Shown: positions 28,616-38,204, counted from the first letter of the stretch. The stretch: 64,000 nucleotides of DNA from Smithella sp. (GCA_035382085.1 DAOSZO010000004.1:9268-73267), one strand, 5' to 3'. Numbers and translations are program-made. Notes: a model not told the origin generated them from the sequence alone.

Positions 28616-29352
28616 AGCCCCCCCGCAACAATCAGGTTTGTTCCGGTAATATAAGAGGCCTCGCGGCTGGCCAGAAACATCACGGCATGGGCGACTTCCC
28701 GGACCTTGCCGAAGCGCCTCAGCGGAATCATCTTGAGATATTCTTTTCGCTGTTCCTCCGGCAAATCCTCGATCAGTTCGGTGTCAATGAAGCCGGGGGA
28801 AACACAGTTCACCGTGATGCCCTTTTTGGCCACCTCTTTGGCAAGCGACCGGGTCATGGCCATCTGACCGGCCTTGGAGGCCGCGTAGTTGGCCTGTCCC
28901 GGAAAGCCCAGATCCGCGCCCAGCGAGCTGATGTTGATGATCCGGCCGAAACGGTTGCCCATCAGGCGCGGGATGATTTCTCGCGACATGTAGAAGGTTC
29001 CGGTGAGATTGACTTCCAGGACTTTTTTCCACTGTTCATCCGTCATCAGGGCGGCCACCGCATCCTGACGGATGCCCGAATTGTTTACCAGCACTTCCAG
29101 CGAGGGATATTCTTCATCCAGAGAGCGAAACAGTTCCCGAACCGCCTGCGAAGACGAAACGTCGCACCTCCGCACATCGAGCCGTTCCGCGCAGGCTTCG
29201 TTTTTCTTTTGAAACTCGGCGGCGGCGGCATCATTGGAGGAATACACGGCAATGACCGTGGCGCCGGCGGCCAGAAAAGCCTCCGCAATTCCCGCGCCGA
29301 TTCCCCGCGTGCCGCCCGTCACAATCACCCGCTGGTTGCTGAAATCAAACAT
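28612..29352 (-). CDS. fabG: 3-oxoacyl-ACP reductase
   Basis: Start at ATG 29352 (MFDFSNQRVIVTGGTRGIG) with GAGGTG upstream. NNSGI, and YAASKAG (YxxxK). 4-nt overlap with fabZ. Confidence 0.85.
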   Translation of the reverse strand: MFDFSNQRVIVTGGTRGIGAGIAEAFLAAGATVIAVYSSNDAAAAEFQKKNEACAERLDVRRCDVSSSQAVRELFRSLDEEYPSLEVLVNNSGIRQDAVAALMTDEQWKKVLEVNLTGTFYMSREIIPRLMGNRFGRIINISSLGADLGFPGQANYAASKAGQMAMTRSLAKEVAKKGITVNCVSPGFIDTELIEDLPEEQRKEYLKMIPLRRFGKVREVAHAVMFLASREASYITGTNLIVAGGL

Positions 29353-29360
29353 GATGCACC

Positions 29361-30779
29361 TCAATTCAACGTTTCCAGATAATTTTCCACCTCATAGGAT
29401 TGAATCACGCCGTAGTTGGCGGCGCCCAGCCAGCCCGACATGATGATGCCCACGGAACCGGTGTGAAACAGGCCTTGAATTTCCTTGTGGAGGTTCATCG
29501 AAATCTCCAGCCCCTCATGCTTGGTGCCGAACGAGGATCCCTTTTCATGATGCGTGTACCGCTGAATGGTCAGCGGTGTCGCCGCCTCCAAGTAGTCAAT
29601 CTTTTTCGTCACCCCCGGAATAATCTTGTCCAGGCTGATCAGCGTCTCCGCGATCAATGCCTGCTTTTGTGCCTTGTACGCTTCCCGGGACAAATTCGCC
29701 CAATCCTCATACCGGGCGTTGGTGGAAACGACGATGGTATAGCCGGCATCGGGCAGATGCGGCCGCAGTTTCGGATAGTAGAGCGAAAAGGTCCGGCTGG
29801 TCGTTTTCATGGAGAGCAGTTCATCCGTGGCGAATTCCGGAGCCTCCGAATAGAAAATCAAATCGCCGACATCCTCCAGGGTCTCTCCCCTGCGAATGCC
29901 CATGTAAACCTGACAGGAGCTGGTGTTGAGCCGGACTTTTCTGACCTTTTCAATAAATTCGGCACTGAATTGGTCTTCCCCCGCGAGGTGAAAAATCGTG
30001 CCGATGAGGTTGCCGTTGGAGAGCACCGCCCTGGCCGAAATCGTCTGGCCGCCAACCATGACACCGCGGCAGACCTTGCCCTCCACAACAATTTTTTCCA
30101 CTTTCGATTTCAGGCGGATGTCCACGTCATTTTTCAAAAGCTCATCCTGCATCATGCCGATGACGAGATCGGTGCCGCCCTGAAAGGTGTAGACGCCCTT
30201 GCTCATGAAATTCGAAAAGACAATGCCGTAAGTGATGGCGGGATCCTCCAGCGTCGAGCCGTTGGCGTAAACAATGGGCTCGATCAGAAACCGGTGCACA
30301 TCCTTCCTGCCGGGGAAAAATCCCTCCAGCAACTCGCCGTTGGTCATCCGGTTGTCGTCGTAATAGTTCATATTCATGATGAGATTGAAAAAATTGTCGA
30401 CCTGCTGGCGCGGCACCTTGAAATCTTCGATGAGTTTGCGGGTGAAATCTTCCACCGTAAAGTCCGTTTCGATGGTGTAAAGCGGGTTGATGAAGCGGAC
30501 CCGCTTGAGCTGAACGATCCGGTCGGCAATTTGCCGGCTCCAGTATTTCCGGCAGGTTTTCACCATGCCGACCGGAAAGCCGTGCAGGGAAACATCAAAA
30601 ATATGATTCTTGCGGTAAAACCAGGTCGCAAAGCCGCCCAGCTTGTCGTGGGATTCCAGCAGCAGGACCTTCCAGCCGCTTTTGGCGAGCTTGTTGGCGG
30701 CGGTGAGCCCCCCCAGGCCGCCGCCGATCACAATCACATCGTATTTTTTTTCAATCCTGTCGTTTTTATCGAGAAGCAT
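29361..30779 (-). CDS. FAD-dependent oxidoreductase, phytoene-desaturase (CrtI)/amine-oxidase family, copy 1
   Basis: DVIVIGGGLGGLTAANKLAKSGWKVLLLESHDKLGG dinucleotide fold. 472 aa. The 477-aa plus-strand ORF is an antisense shadow. Confidence 0.8.
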   Translation of the reverse strand: MLLDKNDRIEKKYDVIVIGGGLGGLTAANKLAKSGWKVLLLESHDKLGGFATWFYRKNHIFDVSLHGFPVGMVKTCRKYWSRQIADRIVQLKRVRFINPLYTIETDFTVEDFTRKLIEDFKVPRQQVDNFFNLIMNMNYYDDNRMTNGELLEGFFPGRKDVHRFLIEPIVYANGSTLEDPAITYGIVFSNFMSKGVYTFQGGTDLVIGMMQDELLKNDVDIRLKSKVEKIVVEGKVCRGVMVGGQTISARAVLSNGNLIGTIFHLAGEDQFSAEFIEKVRKVRLNTSSCQVYMGIRRGETLEDVGDLIFYSEAPEFATDELLSMKTTSRTFSLYYPKLRPHLPDAGYTIVVSTNARYEDWANLSREAYKAQKQALIAETLISLDKIIPGVTKKIDYLEAATPLTIQRYTHHEKGSSFGTKHEGLEISMNLHKEIQGLFHTGSVGIIMSGWLGAANYGVIQSYEVENYLETLN

Positions 30780-30781
30780 GC

Positions 30782-31756
30782 CTACCTCACCAGCAAATCC
30801 AGGGCCTGTTCAATCGAAACTCGCGGTTCGTAACCGAAATCTCTTTTCGCCTTTTCATGCGAAAAATAATGACAGCGGGAAAACTGCAGCGCCACAAATC
30901 GGGTCATCGGCGGCTCCCCCTTGATGTTTAAAAATTTATAGCAGGATTCAAAAAATAGTCCAATGTTAAATACAACCCCTTCGGGCACCTTCCGGGTGAT
31001 CGGCGGCAGGTGATGGCGTTTGAGAATTTCGTTGATGAACTCCCAAAGCACCACCGGCCGTTCCTGGCCGATGAAGTACGCCTGTCCAGCGACCGACGCC
31101 CCCGGGCACAATTTTTCGAAAGCCAGAAGATGGGCGTCCACCGCGTTTTGAATGTAGGTGACATCCACCAGATTTTTGCCGGAGCCGACAATTTTCAGCC
31201 GCCCTTTTTTCGCCGCGTCAACCAGTCTCGGCACGAGATGCGGATCGTCCGGCCCGATAATCTGATGCGGCCGGAGGGCGACGGTGCAAAGTGTCTTATC
31301 GTTGGCCCGCAAAACCATCTGTTCGGCCGCGGCTTTGGTCTCGGAATAAGCATTGTAAAATTTCCGCGAATACGGTTGGGTTTCGTCGGCTCCGCAAATG
31401 TCGCTGCCGTCGAAAACGACGCTGGGCGTGCTGGTGTAGATTAATCGGGGGATGTTATGGACGCGGCAGGCCTTGATGACGTTTTGCGTGCCGATGACGT
31501 TTGTCCGGTAATACTCTTTGGGATCACCCCAGATGCCGACCCGCGAGGCCGCATGAAAAACCGCCTCCATGCCTTTGAAGGCCGACACAACATCGGCTTC
31601 AGTCTGGAGATCCCCGCAGAGCGTCTCGATCCCCGCCTTTCCCAGGGACGGATACCGCCTGCGGCTGAAGTTCCAGACCCTGTGCCCGCGTGAAATCAAG
31701 GCCAGGGCAAGGTTCCTTCCCAGAAATCCCCCGGCGCCGGTGACCAAAACATTCAT
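30782..31756 (-). CDS. oleD: OleD: NAD(P)H-dependent 2-alkyl-3-ketoalkanoate reductase (3-beta-HSD/epimerase-type SDR)
   Basis: Start at ATG 31756, in an ATGA overlap with the oleC stop. MNVLVTGAGGFLG, YSETK (YxxxK). Fourth position in an A-B-C-D gene order. Confidence 0.75.
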   Translation of the reverse strand: MNVLVTGAGGFLGRNLALALISRGHRVWNFSRRRYPSLGKAGIETLCGDLQTEADVVSAFKGMEAVFHAASRVGIWGDPKEYYRTNVIGTQNVIKACRVHNIPRLIYTSTPSVVFDGSDICGADETQPYSRKFYNAYSETKAAAEQMVLRANDKTLCTVALRPHQIIGPDDPHLVPRLVDAAKKGRLKIVGSGKNLVDVTYIQNAVDAHLLAFEKLCPGASVAGQAYFIGQERPVVLWEFINEILKRHHLPPITRKVPEGVVFNIGLFFESCYKFLNIKGEPPMTRFVALQFSRCHYFSHEKAKRDFGYEPRVSIEQALDLLVR

Positions 31757-33378
31757 ATCTTCCCCCTCATGACCTCCTGCGCCAGTTTCAGGCGGTCGAT
31801 TTTGATGTTGTGCCGAACGTCCACGGGAAAACGATCGCAGAAATGCACGGACCCGATCTGCGCCGTCAGGGGATTGCCGCGGGCCATCTCCAGCAGTTGC
31901 CCGGCCAGAACCTGCCGGTTCATTTTTCTGCCCTTCGCGTTGCGTTCGATGACCACCGCGACGGACTGCTTTCCCCGCTTCCCCCACGCGACCAGCGCCG
32001 ACCGGGCAACGGCCTCATGCGCGTTGAACACCGCTTCGCACGGCACCGGACACAAAAGCCCCGCCGGCGTTTCGGCGCGATGCGCTTTCCTACCGCAAAA
32101 CCAGAGCCTTCCCCGATCATCCAGGTATCCCAGATCGCCCATTCTGTGCCACAGGGAGGGGCCGTCGGCAATCTTGGCCAGCGCCGTTTCTTCCGGCGAC
32201 TGGTAATAGCGGGGCGTCACCACATTGCCCCTGACAATAATCTCGCCGATTTCATAAGGCTTCAATAATTTCGCGTCCCGAATTTCGGCGACCGCGTCGT
32301 CGCGGATTTCCAGAATCGCCACGTCCAAGCCCGCCACCGGCCGGCCCACGCATGTTCCCCTGCCCTGACGCGTCAGTGCCGCCGTTTGCGCAAGAATCTC
32401 TTCCCCTGAGATATTGGAGATGGGAAGGCACTCGGTTGCACCGTAAGGCGTGTAGGTTGTTCCGTTGGGCAGGATGCGCCTGAATTGCTCATGGAGTTCA
32501 ACACGCACCGGCGCCCCGAACATCACCAGGTATTTGACGGACGGAAGCGTGACGCCGTTTTTCAGACAGTAGTCGGCGACTCCCTGCCAGATGGCGGGAG
32601 AACCGGCCAGAAACGTGGCCTGGTTGTCGGTGATGTTCTGAACCAGCCTTTGGGGATCCGCCTGCGCGGGCCTGGAAGGATTCATGTCGGGAATGCAGCT
32701 TGTCATCCCCATGCAAAGCGTGAAAAGAGAAAAAAGCGGAAAACCGGGCAAATCAATTTCCCGGTCGTTGAGCGCAAACAGCTCCCGCAGAAGCCTGGTC
32801 TGCTCGTAATAAATCCGGTGGGTGTAGACGACGCCCTTGGGCCGACCCGTTCCGCCGGAAGTAAACAGAATGGCCGCCATGTCATCCGGCTGAAGCTGGG
32901 CGGTCTCGAAAGGGGGTTCGGATTTTTCCAGTTCGGCCAAAGCGGCGCAATTCCCGAACGGGAGCCGTTTCGTCGTCACTCTCAACTTCACGGATTTGAA
33001 GGCCCTGCCGAAAAGCAGGCTCAAAAAATGAACTTCCGGTTCAGCGATCAAGCCCTCGGGCGACACTTCCTCTATCGCGGCAAGAAGATTTTTTCTGCCC
33101 ATGCCCGGATCAATCAGGACCGGAACGACACCCAGTCTGAAAAGGGCAAACACCAGAGCGGGAAATCGCAACGACGGCCGGACAAACAAAAGGGTTTTGC
33201 CGCCGCGCCGAAAACCGAGGCGGTGAAGACCGCCGGCATATCGGTCGGCCAGCCGATTGAGCTCCCCGAACGTGATGGCGTCATAGACATACCGGCCTTT
33301 CTTCCGGCGCGGATATTTCACCGCCGTCTTGTCGCGGTGCGAGGCCGCTATGTCTGCAAAAAGATCGGCAATGTTCAT
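31753..33378 (-). CDS. oleC: OleC: AMP-dependent synthetase/ligase family (beta-lactone synthetase)
   Basis: ILFTSGGTGRPKGVVYTH AMP-binding motif. 541 aa. Sits between the OleB-like and OleD-like genes. Confidence 0.75.
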   Translation of the reverse strand: MNIADLFADIAASHRDKTAVKYPRRKKGRYVYDAITFGELNRLADRYAGGLHRLGFRRGGKTLLFVRPSLRFPALVFALFRLGVVPVLIDPGMGRKNLLAAIEEVSPEGLIAEPEVHFLSLLFGRAFKSVKLRVTTKRLPFGNCAALAELEKSEPPFETAQLQPDDMAAILFTSGGTGRPKGVVYTHRIYYEQTRLLRELFALNDREIDLPGFPLFSLFTLCMGMTSCIPDMNPSRPAQADPQRLVQNITDNQATFLAGSPAIWQGVADYCLKNGVTLPSVKYLVMFGAPVRVELHEQFRRILPNGTTYTPYGATECLPISNISGEEILAQTAALTRQGRGTCVGRPVAGLDVAILEIRDDAVAEIRDAKLLKPYEIGEIIVRGNVVTPRYYQSPEETALAKIADGPSLWHRMGDLGYLDDRGRLWFCGRKAHRAETPAGLLCPVPCEAVFNAHEAVARSALVAWGKRGKQSVAVVIERNAKGRKMNRQVLAGQLLEMARGNPLTAQIGSVHFCDRFPVDVRHNIKIDRLKLAQEVMRGKI

Positions 33379-33411
33379 AAAAAACGCGATGCGTGACCTT
33401 CCCGGCGGGTT

Positions 33412-34272
33412 TTAAATAAAACGCTTGAGTTCATTCAGTACTTCATCGGCGGCGTCTTCCAGGACGTAATGGCCGGCGCCGGGAAAAGTTTTGACTGTTG
33501 CCTGAGGGTAAATTTCCTGCCAGCGTTTGAGGAAATAATCGTGAAAGCAGAAATCCTTTTCCCCCCAGAGAATCAGAATCGGACAGCAATGCCGCGAGAG
33601 GGATTCCCCGATCTCCTTCAGCGTTTGGTAACTGCGGTGGTTCGGCTTCATGGGAATATCGGATACAAACCGGGCAGTCGCAATCCGGTTTTCATAACTG
33701 TCATAGGGGAAAAGATAGCCCCGTCTGATGTCCGGCGGCATTTTTTTTGCCACCGCCATGTAGGTGGCGACCCACGCGAAGGCGTTGAAGCGCCGGATGA
33801 TCTGCTCGGCCAAGACGGGGATCCGGCACATATTGATTCTCAAGGCGATCACCTCGGACGGATAGGCGGCGGTATTGAGAATGACGATTTTTTTGACCAG
33901 TTCCGGATGCCGCGCGATCAGCCCGAAGCCGATGGGCCCGCCCCAGTCGTGGACGATCAGGACAAAAGACTTGAGCTGCAGATGCCCGACGAGTTTTTCC
34001 AGATTCTGGATGTGACGCTCCAGCGTGTAGTCGTAATCCTGCGGCTTGTCCGAAAGTCCGCATCCGATATGGTCGGGAACCACGACCCGGTGGGTTTTGG
34101 AAAACGCGGCTGCCAGATTCCGGTAATAAAAGGACCAGGTGGGATTGCCGTGCAGCATCAGAATCGGCTCGCCGCTTCCTTCATCGAGATAGTGCATGGA
34201 CAGCTTCCCGTCCACTTCGAAAAAACGGGATGGAAAAGGATAAAGCCGGTCGAGCCACTGGGGTCTTACCAT
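33412..34272 (-). CDS. oleB: OleB: haloalkane-dehalogenase-like alpha/beta hydrolase (beta-lactone decarboxylase)
   Basis: LMLHGNPTWSFYYRNL, VHDWGGPIG nucleophile elbow. 7-nt overlap with oleA. Confidence 0.75.
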   Translation of the reverse strand: MVRPQWLDRLYPFPSRFFEVDGKLSMHYLDEGSGEPILMLHGNPTWSFYYRNLAAAFSKTHRVVVPDHIGCGLSDKPQDYDYTLERHIQNLEKLVGHLQLKSFVLIVHDWGGPIGFGLIARHPELVKKIVILNTAAYPSEVIALRINMCRIPVLAEQIIRRFNAFAWVATYMAVAKKMPPDIRRGYLFPYDSYENRIATARFVSDIPMKPNHRSYQTLKEIGESLSRHCCPILILWGEKDFCFHDYFLKRWQEIYPQATVKTFPGAGHYVLEDAADEVLNELKRFI

Positions 34273-35297
34273 TTCACCCCCAGCATGATGGAATTGAGTC
34301 CCGATCCGATTCCCAGCAGAGCGACGCGGCTGCCGACGGGAATCTTTTTCTGCTCGTCATAGAGGCACAGCGTGACGGGCAGCGCCGAAGCGCCGGTGTT
34401 TCCCAAAAACGGATACGTCGCGAAGGTGGGGCGGTTTTCCAGCTTCAGGGTCTGCTTGAGCAGGTTTTCATGCGCCACGCCCACCTGATGCCCCACAAAG
34501 CAATCCACATCCTCGTTGGTCCATCCCAGTTCCATTTTGGTGGCTTCCCAGGTTTTTTCCGCCAGCGCGACTCCCGCCAGCATCAGTTCTTCGGAGTCGG
34601 TCTCCATCATCAACGAAGTGGTGTTGCCGTTGCCGCGGCACAGCACGTTGGCCGAAGAATCGGCAAGCGCAACGCCGCCCAGCAGCGAGTGGCCGCCTTC
34701 CACCTCATCCCGGTGAGACACGGTCAGAGCGACGGCGGCCGAGCCGATCGTCAGATTGGCAATGTACTTTTTAATGCTTTTCCGGGTAACGGAAAGATCT
34801 TTCAGCAGCAGATCAAGGGTTTCGAACAGCAAAGGGCCTCCATTCTCTCCTGAAACGATCAACGCGTGCCGGATCTGTCCGTTTTCAATCATGTTGGCGG
34901 CGATGACCATCGAACTCATCACGCCCAGACAGGCGTTGGACAAATCGAAAAACATCGTCCGCGGCGGCAATCCCAGATGGTGGTGCACGATGGAGGACGT
35001 CGAAGGTTCCAGGAAGTCACGGCAGACGGACGCGTGGATGAGCAAATCAATCTGCTCGGGCTGGATGATATTTTTCGCAAAGAGATTTCTGGCCGCCTGC
35101 GCGGACAGGTCGCTGGGCATCGTGCCGGGGGGCCAGATGCGCCTTTCGCGGATTCCCGTCATCAATTCGATGCGGCCGCGCGGAAGTTTGAGCCGCTCAT
35201 AGAGGGGAGCCAGTCTGTTCTCGATCTCGTCGGAGGGGATGATCTGTTCGGGCAGATGATAGGCCAGCGAGGAAATCACCGCGTGGTTGAACTTCAT
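34266..35297 (-). CDS. oleA: OleA: FabH-like thiolase (non-decarboxylative Claisen condensation of two acyl chains)
   Basis: Start at ATG 35297, in an ATGA overlap with the upstream flavoprotein stop. FDLSNACLG active-site Cys, and GHQVG / GNTGASALP (His/Asn). Confidence 0.7.
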   Translation of the reverse strand: MKFNHAVISSLAYHLPEQIIPSDEIENRLAPLYERLKLPRGRIELMTGIRERRIWPPGTMPSDLSAQAARNLFAKNIIQPEQIDLLIHASVCRDFLEPSTSSIVHHHLGLPPRTMFFDLSNACLGVMSSMVIAANMIENGQIRHALIVSGENGGPLLFETLDLLLKDLSVTRKSIKKYIANLTIGSAAVALTVSHRDEVEGGHSLLGGVALADSSANVLCRGNGNTTSLMMETDSEELMLAGVALAEKTWEATKMELGWTNEDVDCFVGHQVGVAHENLLKQTLKLENRPTFATYPFLGNTGASALPVTLCLYDEQKKIPVGSRVALLGIGSGLNSIMLGVKW

Positions 35298-36679
35298 GCC
35301 TTGTCTCCGTTCATCAGGCAATGAAGATTGGCCATCGAGATGCCGCTGAGCATGGCGCCGACAATCCCCAGAAATCCCTGATCCGTCCCGCAGATAAAAA
35401 GATTCTTGATCGCGGTGCGTCCGTCCCGGACTTTTTGCGTCGTGCCGTAAACGGCTCCGCGGAGGTGACCGGTATAGCGCATGATCGTCCGCGGCGTAAA
35501 GACGTCCCAGTAATTCAGTTTGGCGTCAAATCGAGGAAACAACTGCTTAATTAAGGCCAGGGATTGATCGCGCACCTCTTTTTTCTTCAAAAGATAGACC
35601 GGCCTGTCCAGTTCATTCCATTTCTCAAAATTGGCAATAAAGGTCACTCGAATGACGCCTTCGTCATAATCATCATGCGCGAAATTGTTCGGAAAACAAA
35701 CCACGGCGCTGTCATAGTCGCAAAGCTCATCCGGCTTACGGTAGAGATATTGTTCCCGGTTGTTATAGAAAATGATCGTCTCCAGAATGCCCTGTTCGGC
35801 CGGCTTTTTGTCGAAGAATAAAATCGTTTCCGTAAAACTCATCGCCCCGGCCGCCGGACATTCCTGCGGTTCCGAAACCATGTTCATCGTTTCCGGCAGA
35901 CCGATGGAAGACATGACCCTGCCTGCCTGAAGGATTTCGCCGTTCTCAAGAATCACCTGCCGGACGACGCCGTTTTCCACATCTATTTTCCGGATGCCGG
36001 CTCCCAGGCGTAGTTCCCCGCCGAGCTGCAGATATTTTTCGATGAGCAGGTGAATGATGGAGCGCACGCCGTTCTTCGGCCGGCTGAAGCCCTCCAGAAA
36101 AATGCTTTTGAACATGATCACGAACTGCGAGAAATCCATGTCGTTTTCCCAGGCGCTGCCGTAAATCAGCAGAGGGCAAAAAATCATTTCCAGCAGGTTC
36201 TCGTCGGTGATGAACTCGCGGACCTTCTCCTTGGCGCTCTGGTAACGGTTCTGCAGATTGACGTCGTCAAAACGCAGGACAACCTCAAGAAGGCGGGAAA
36301 AATTTTCCTTCTGACGGGGAAAACACCGAGCGATTTCACTGATCAGCAGCTGCTGATCATTGGAAAAGGACAACTGCCGCCGGGGAAAAACAATGCGTGA
36401 AAAATGCTGCGGATACAGCTCAAGCTGTTCGTAGGGAATTCTCAACTGTTTGAGCAGTTTCGTCAACGGCCGGCCCTTCTCGCCTTTGCGGCAGAAGTTG
36501 GTCATGGCGTGAAGTCCGACATCGAGTCTTCTTCCGAAGCGCTCGTAATAGGAGTTCAAGCCGCCGGGCACCTTGTGCTTCTCCAGAATACAAACCTTCT
36601 GGTCAAACATCGCCAGCCGGATTCCGGCCGCGAGCCCCGACATGCCCGCGCCGATGATGATGGTGTCATAATGTGCCAT
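35294..36679 (-). CDS. FAD-dependent oxidoreductase, phytoene-desaturase (CrtI)/amine-oxidase family, copy 2
   Basis: YDTIIIGAGMSGLAAGIRLAMFDQKVCILEKHKVPGG. 461 aa. Confidence 0.8.
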   Translation of the reverse strand: MAHYDTIIIGAGMSGLAAGIRLAMFDQKVCILEKHKVPGGLNSYYERFGRRLDVGLHAMTNFCRKGEKGRPLTKLLKQLRIPYEQLELYPQHFSRIVFPRRQLSFSNDQQLLISEIARCFPRQKENFSRLLEVVLRFDDVNLQNRYQSAKEKVREFITDENLLEMIFCPLLIYGSAWENDMDFSQFVIMFKSIFLEGFSRPKNGVRSIIHLLIEKYLQLGGELRLGAGIRKIDVENGVVRQVILENGEILQAGRVMSSIGLPETMNMVSEPQECPAAGAMSFTETILFFDKKPAEQGILETIIFYNNREQYLYRKPDELCDYDSAVVCFPNNFAHDDYDEGVIRVTFIANFEKWNELDRPVYLLKKKEVRDQSLALIKQLFPRFDAKLNYWDVFTPRTIMRYTGHLRGAVYGTTQKVRDGRTAIKNLFICGTDQGFLGIVGAMLSGISMANLHCLMNGDKA

Positions 36680-36687
36680 ATAAAATT

Positions 36688-36933
36688 TCAGGAAAACTTG
36701 GGTCCCAAATATTCAATGCAGCTTTTCATGGTGGCCAGCTTCGGATAATCTTCCTGCGGCACTTCGATTTTGTATCTTTTCTTCAGTTCCATCACGATAT
36801 CCAGAAAATCCATGGAATCCAGATCCAGCTGATCGCGGAGCCTCACTTCATCATCAATGTTGGACAAATCCTCATCGACGGCGATTTCCGCGATGATATC
36901 GATAATTTTCTGTCTTACGGCGTTATAATCCAC
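36688..36933 (-). CDS. Acyl carrier protein
   Basis: GTG start at 36933, 6 nt after GGAGG. 81 aa. Phosphopantetheine site LDLDSMDFLDIV. Confidence 0.8.
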   Translation of the reverse strand: MDYNAVRQKIIDIIAEIAVDEDLSNIDDEVRLRDQLDLDSMDFLDIVMELKKRYKIEVPQEDYPKLATMKSCIEYLGPKFS

Positions 36934-36956
36934 TTGCTTCCTCCTTCTGTTTCTTC

Positions 36957-38204
36957 TTACTGAATATATTTTTTGACGATTAAAACGGAATTGATGCCGA
37001 GCATGCCGAAAGAATTGTTTAAAATGACGTTGACTTCTTTCTCGACGGGATCCCCATTGACCAAGTTCTTCAGGGCGCATTTCGGATCGATATTTTCGAT
37101 ATGCTTGCAGGAATGGATTTTGTTATCGGTGAAACTGGGCAGATTGCCGGCCAGTTCCAGCGCTCCGGCCGCACCCATCGCGTGGCCGATAAAACCTTTG
37201 GTGCAGTTGATGTATGTCCTGTCGGATTCGGCAAAAACCGTCCGGACGGCCTCGCATTCGTTTTCATCTCCGGACACGGTGCCGGTGGCGTGAAGATTGA
37301 CGATATCAACATCTCGAGGCGAGATCTGCGCCTTTTTCAAGGCTGCGGTCATGCACTGAATTTGTCTTTGCGTATCCGGCAGAACGAAATCCACCGCGTC
37401 GGAGTTGACATAATAACCGGCAATTTCGCCGTATATCTTCGCACCCCGTTTTTCCGCGTCTTGGAGTCTCTCCAGCACAAAAATCGCGCCGCCTTCCGCA
37501 ACGACAATGCCGTTGCGGCTGATGTCCAGCGGCCGGCAGGCCTTGGTCGGATCTTCGTGAGAGCCCAGGGCACCCTGGCTTTTGAAGCCGGCGAAAATGC
37601 CGAAGGTGCCCGTGCATTCGGAGACGCCTCCCGCCAGCACCAGGTCCACCTCTCCCAGCTGCAGCATCTGCATGCCGTGAATGATCCCGATATTGCCGGC
37701 GGCGCAGGCGGCGCCGATCGTGTAGGCGGGTCCGGTGATGCCCAGGTTCAGGCTGACCTCGCCGGCTGGCGTGTTGGCCACCGTTCTGGGGTTATGGTGA
37801 TGCGACCACAGGCTGACATCCAGATTGTTCTGGTGAAGTTCGTAAATTTCATTTTCGGTTTCCACGTTGCCGTGTTCGGTAATTCCCAGATAAATGCCGG
37901 TTCTTTCCCGATCAATGGATTCCAAAGATAATCCGCTATCTTTGAGCGCCTCGTGGGCGCAGTAAATCGAAATCGAGCCGGCTCTCGTTCCCCTCCGGCG
38001 CATCTTTTTCTTCTGATAGAGTTCTTCGTTGAAGTTGCAATTGCCGACGGCGAGCCGTCCCATATAGCGGACTTCCATTTCGGTAATGCCTGATTTCTGT
38101 CCCAAAAGCGCTTCACGGAATTCTTTCAAATTGTTGCCGTTGGGAGCGGTCAAACCGACTCCGGTAATAACGACTCTGGTATGTTTGTTAAGGGTCATGG
38201 TCAA
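36957..38204 (-). CDS. Beta-ketoacyl-ACP synthase I/II family (catalytically complete)
   Basis: VVITGVGLTAP, IGAACAAGN (Cys), LHATGT (His), GHAMGAAG (His). Confidence 0.85.
   Translation of the reverse strand: MTMTLNKHTRVVITGVGLTAPNGNNLKEFREALLGQKSGITEMEVRYMGRLAVGNCNFNEELYQKKKMRRRGTRAGSISIYCAHEALKDSGLSLESIDRERTGIYLGITEHGNVETENEIYELHQNNLDVSLWSHHHNPRTVANTPAGEVSLNLGITGPAYTIGAACAAGNIGIIHGMQMLQLGEVDLVLAGGVSECTGTFGIFAGFKSQGALGSHEDPTKACRPLDISRNGIVVAEGGAIFVLERLQDAEKRGAKIYGEIAGYYVNSDAVDFVLPDTQRQIQCMTAALKKAQISPRDVDIVNLHATGTVSGDENECEAVRTVFAESDRTYINCTKGFIGHAMGAAGALELAGNLPSFTDNKIHSCKHIENIDPKCALKNLVNGDPVEKEVNVILNNSFGMLGINSVLIVKKYIQ

Noticed and set aside
27329-28654. 441-aa plus-strand ORF
   Set aside because: It is antisense to the mobB, fabI and fabZ genes and crosses three real gene boundaries.
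29400-30833. 477-aa plus-strand ORF
   Set aside because: It is antisense to the CrtI-like flavoprotein, which has a clear FAD-binding fold motif.
31757-31987. 77-codon N-terminal extension of oleD in the track ORF
   Set aside because: It lies inside the oleC coding region. The SDR fold starts at MNVLVTGAGG, with an ATGA overlap to the oleC stop.
27395-38204. Alternative reading of the thiolase/hydrolase/ligase/SDR genes as missing parts (adenylating enzyme, KAS III) of the aryl-polyene-like cluster rather than oleABCD
   Set aside because: The four families occur in the exact A-B-C-D order with translational coupling. They include a haloalkane-dehalogenase-like hydrolase and a 3-beta-HSD-type reductase, which are not aryl-polyene components. 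Functional cross-talk between the two clusters nevertheless remains possible.
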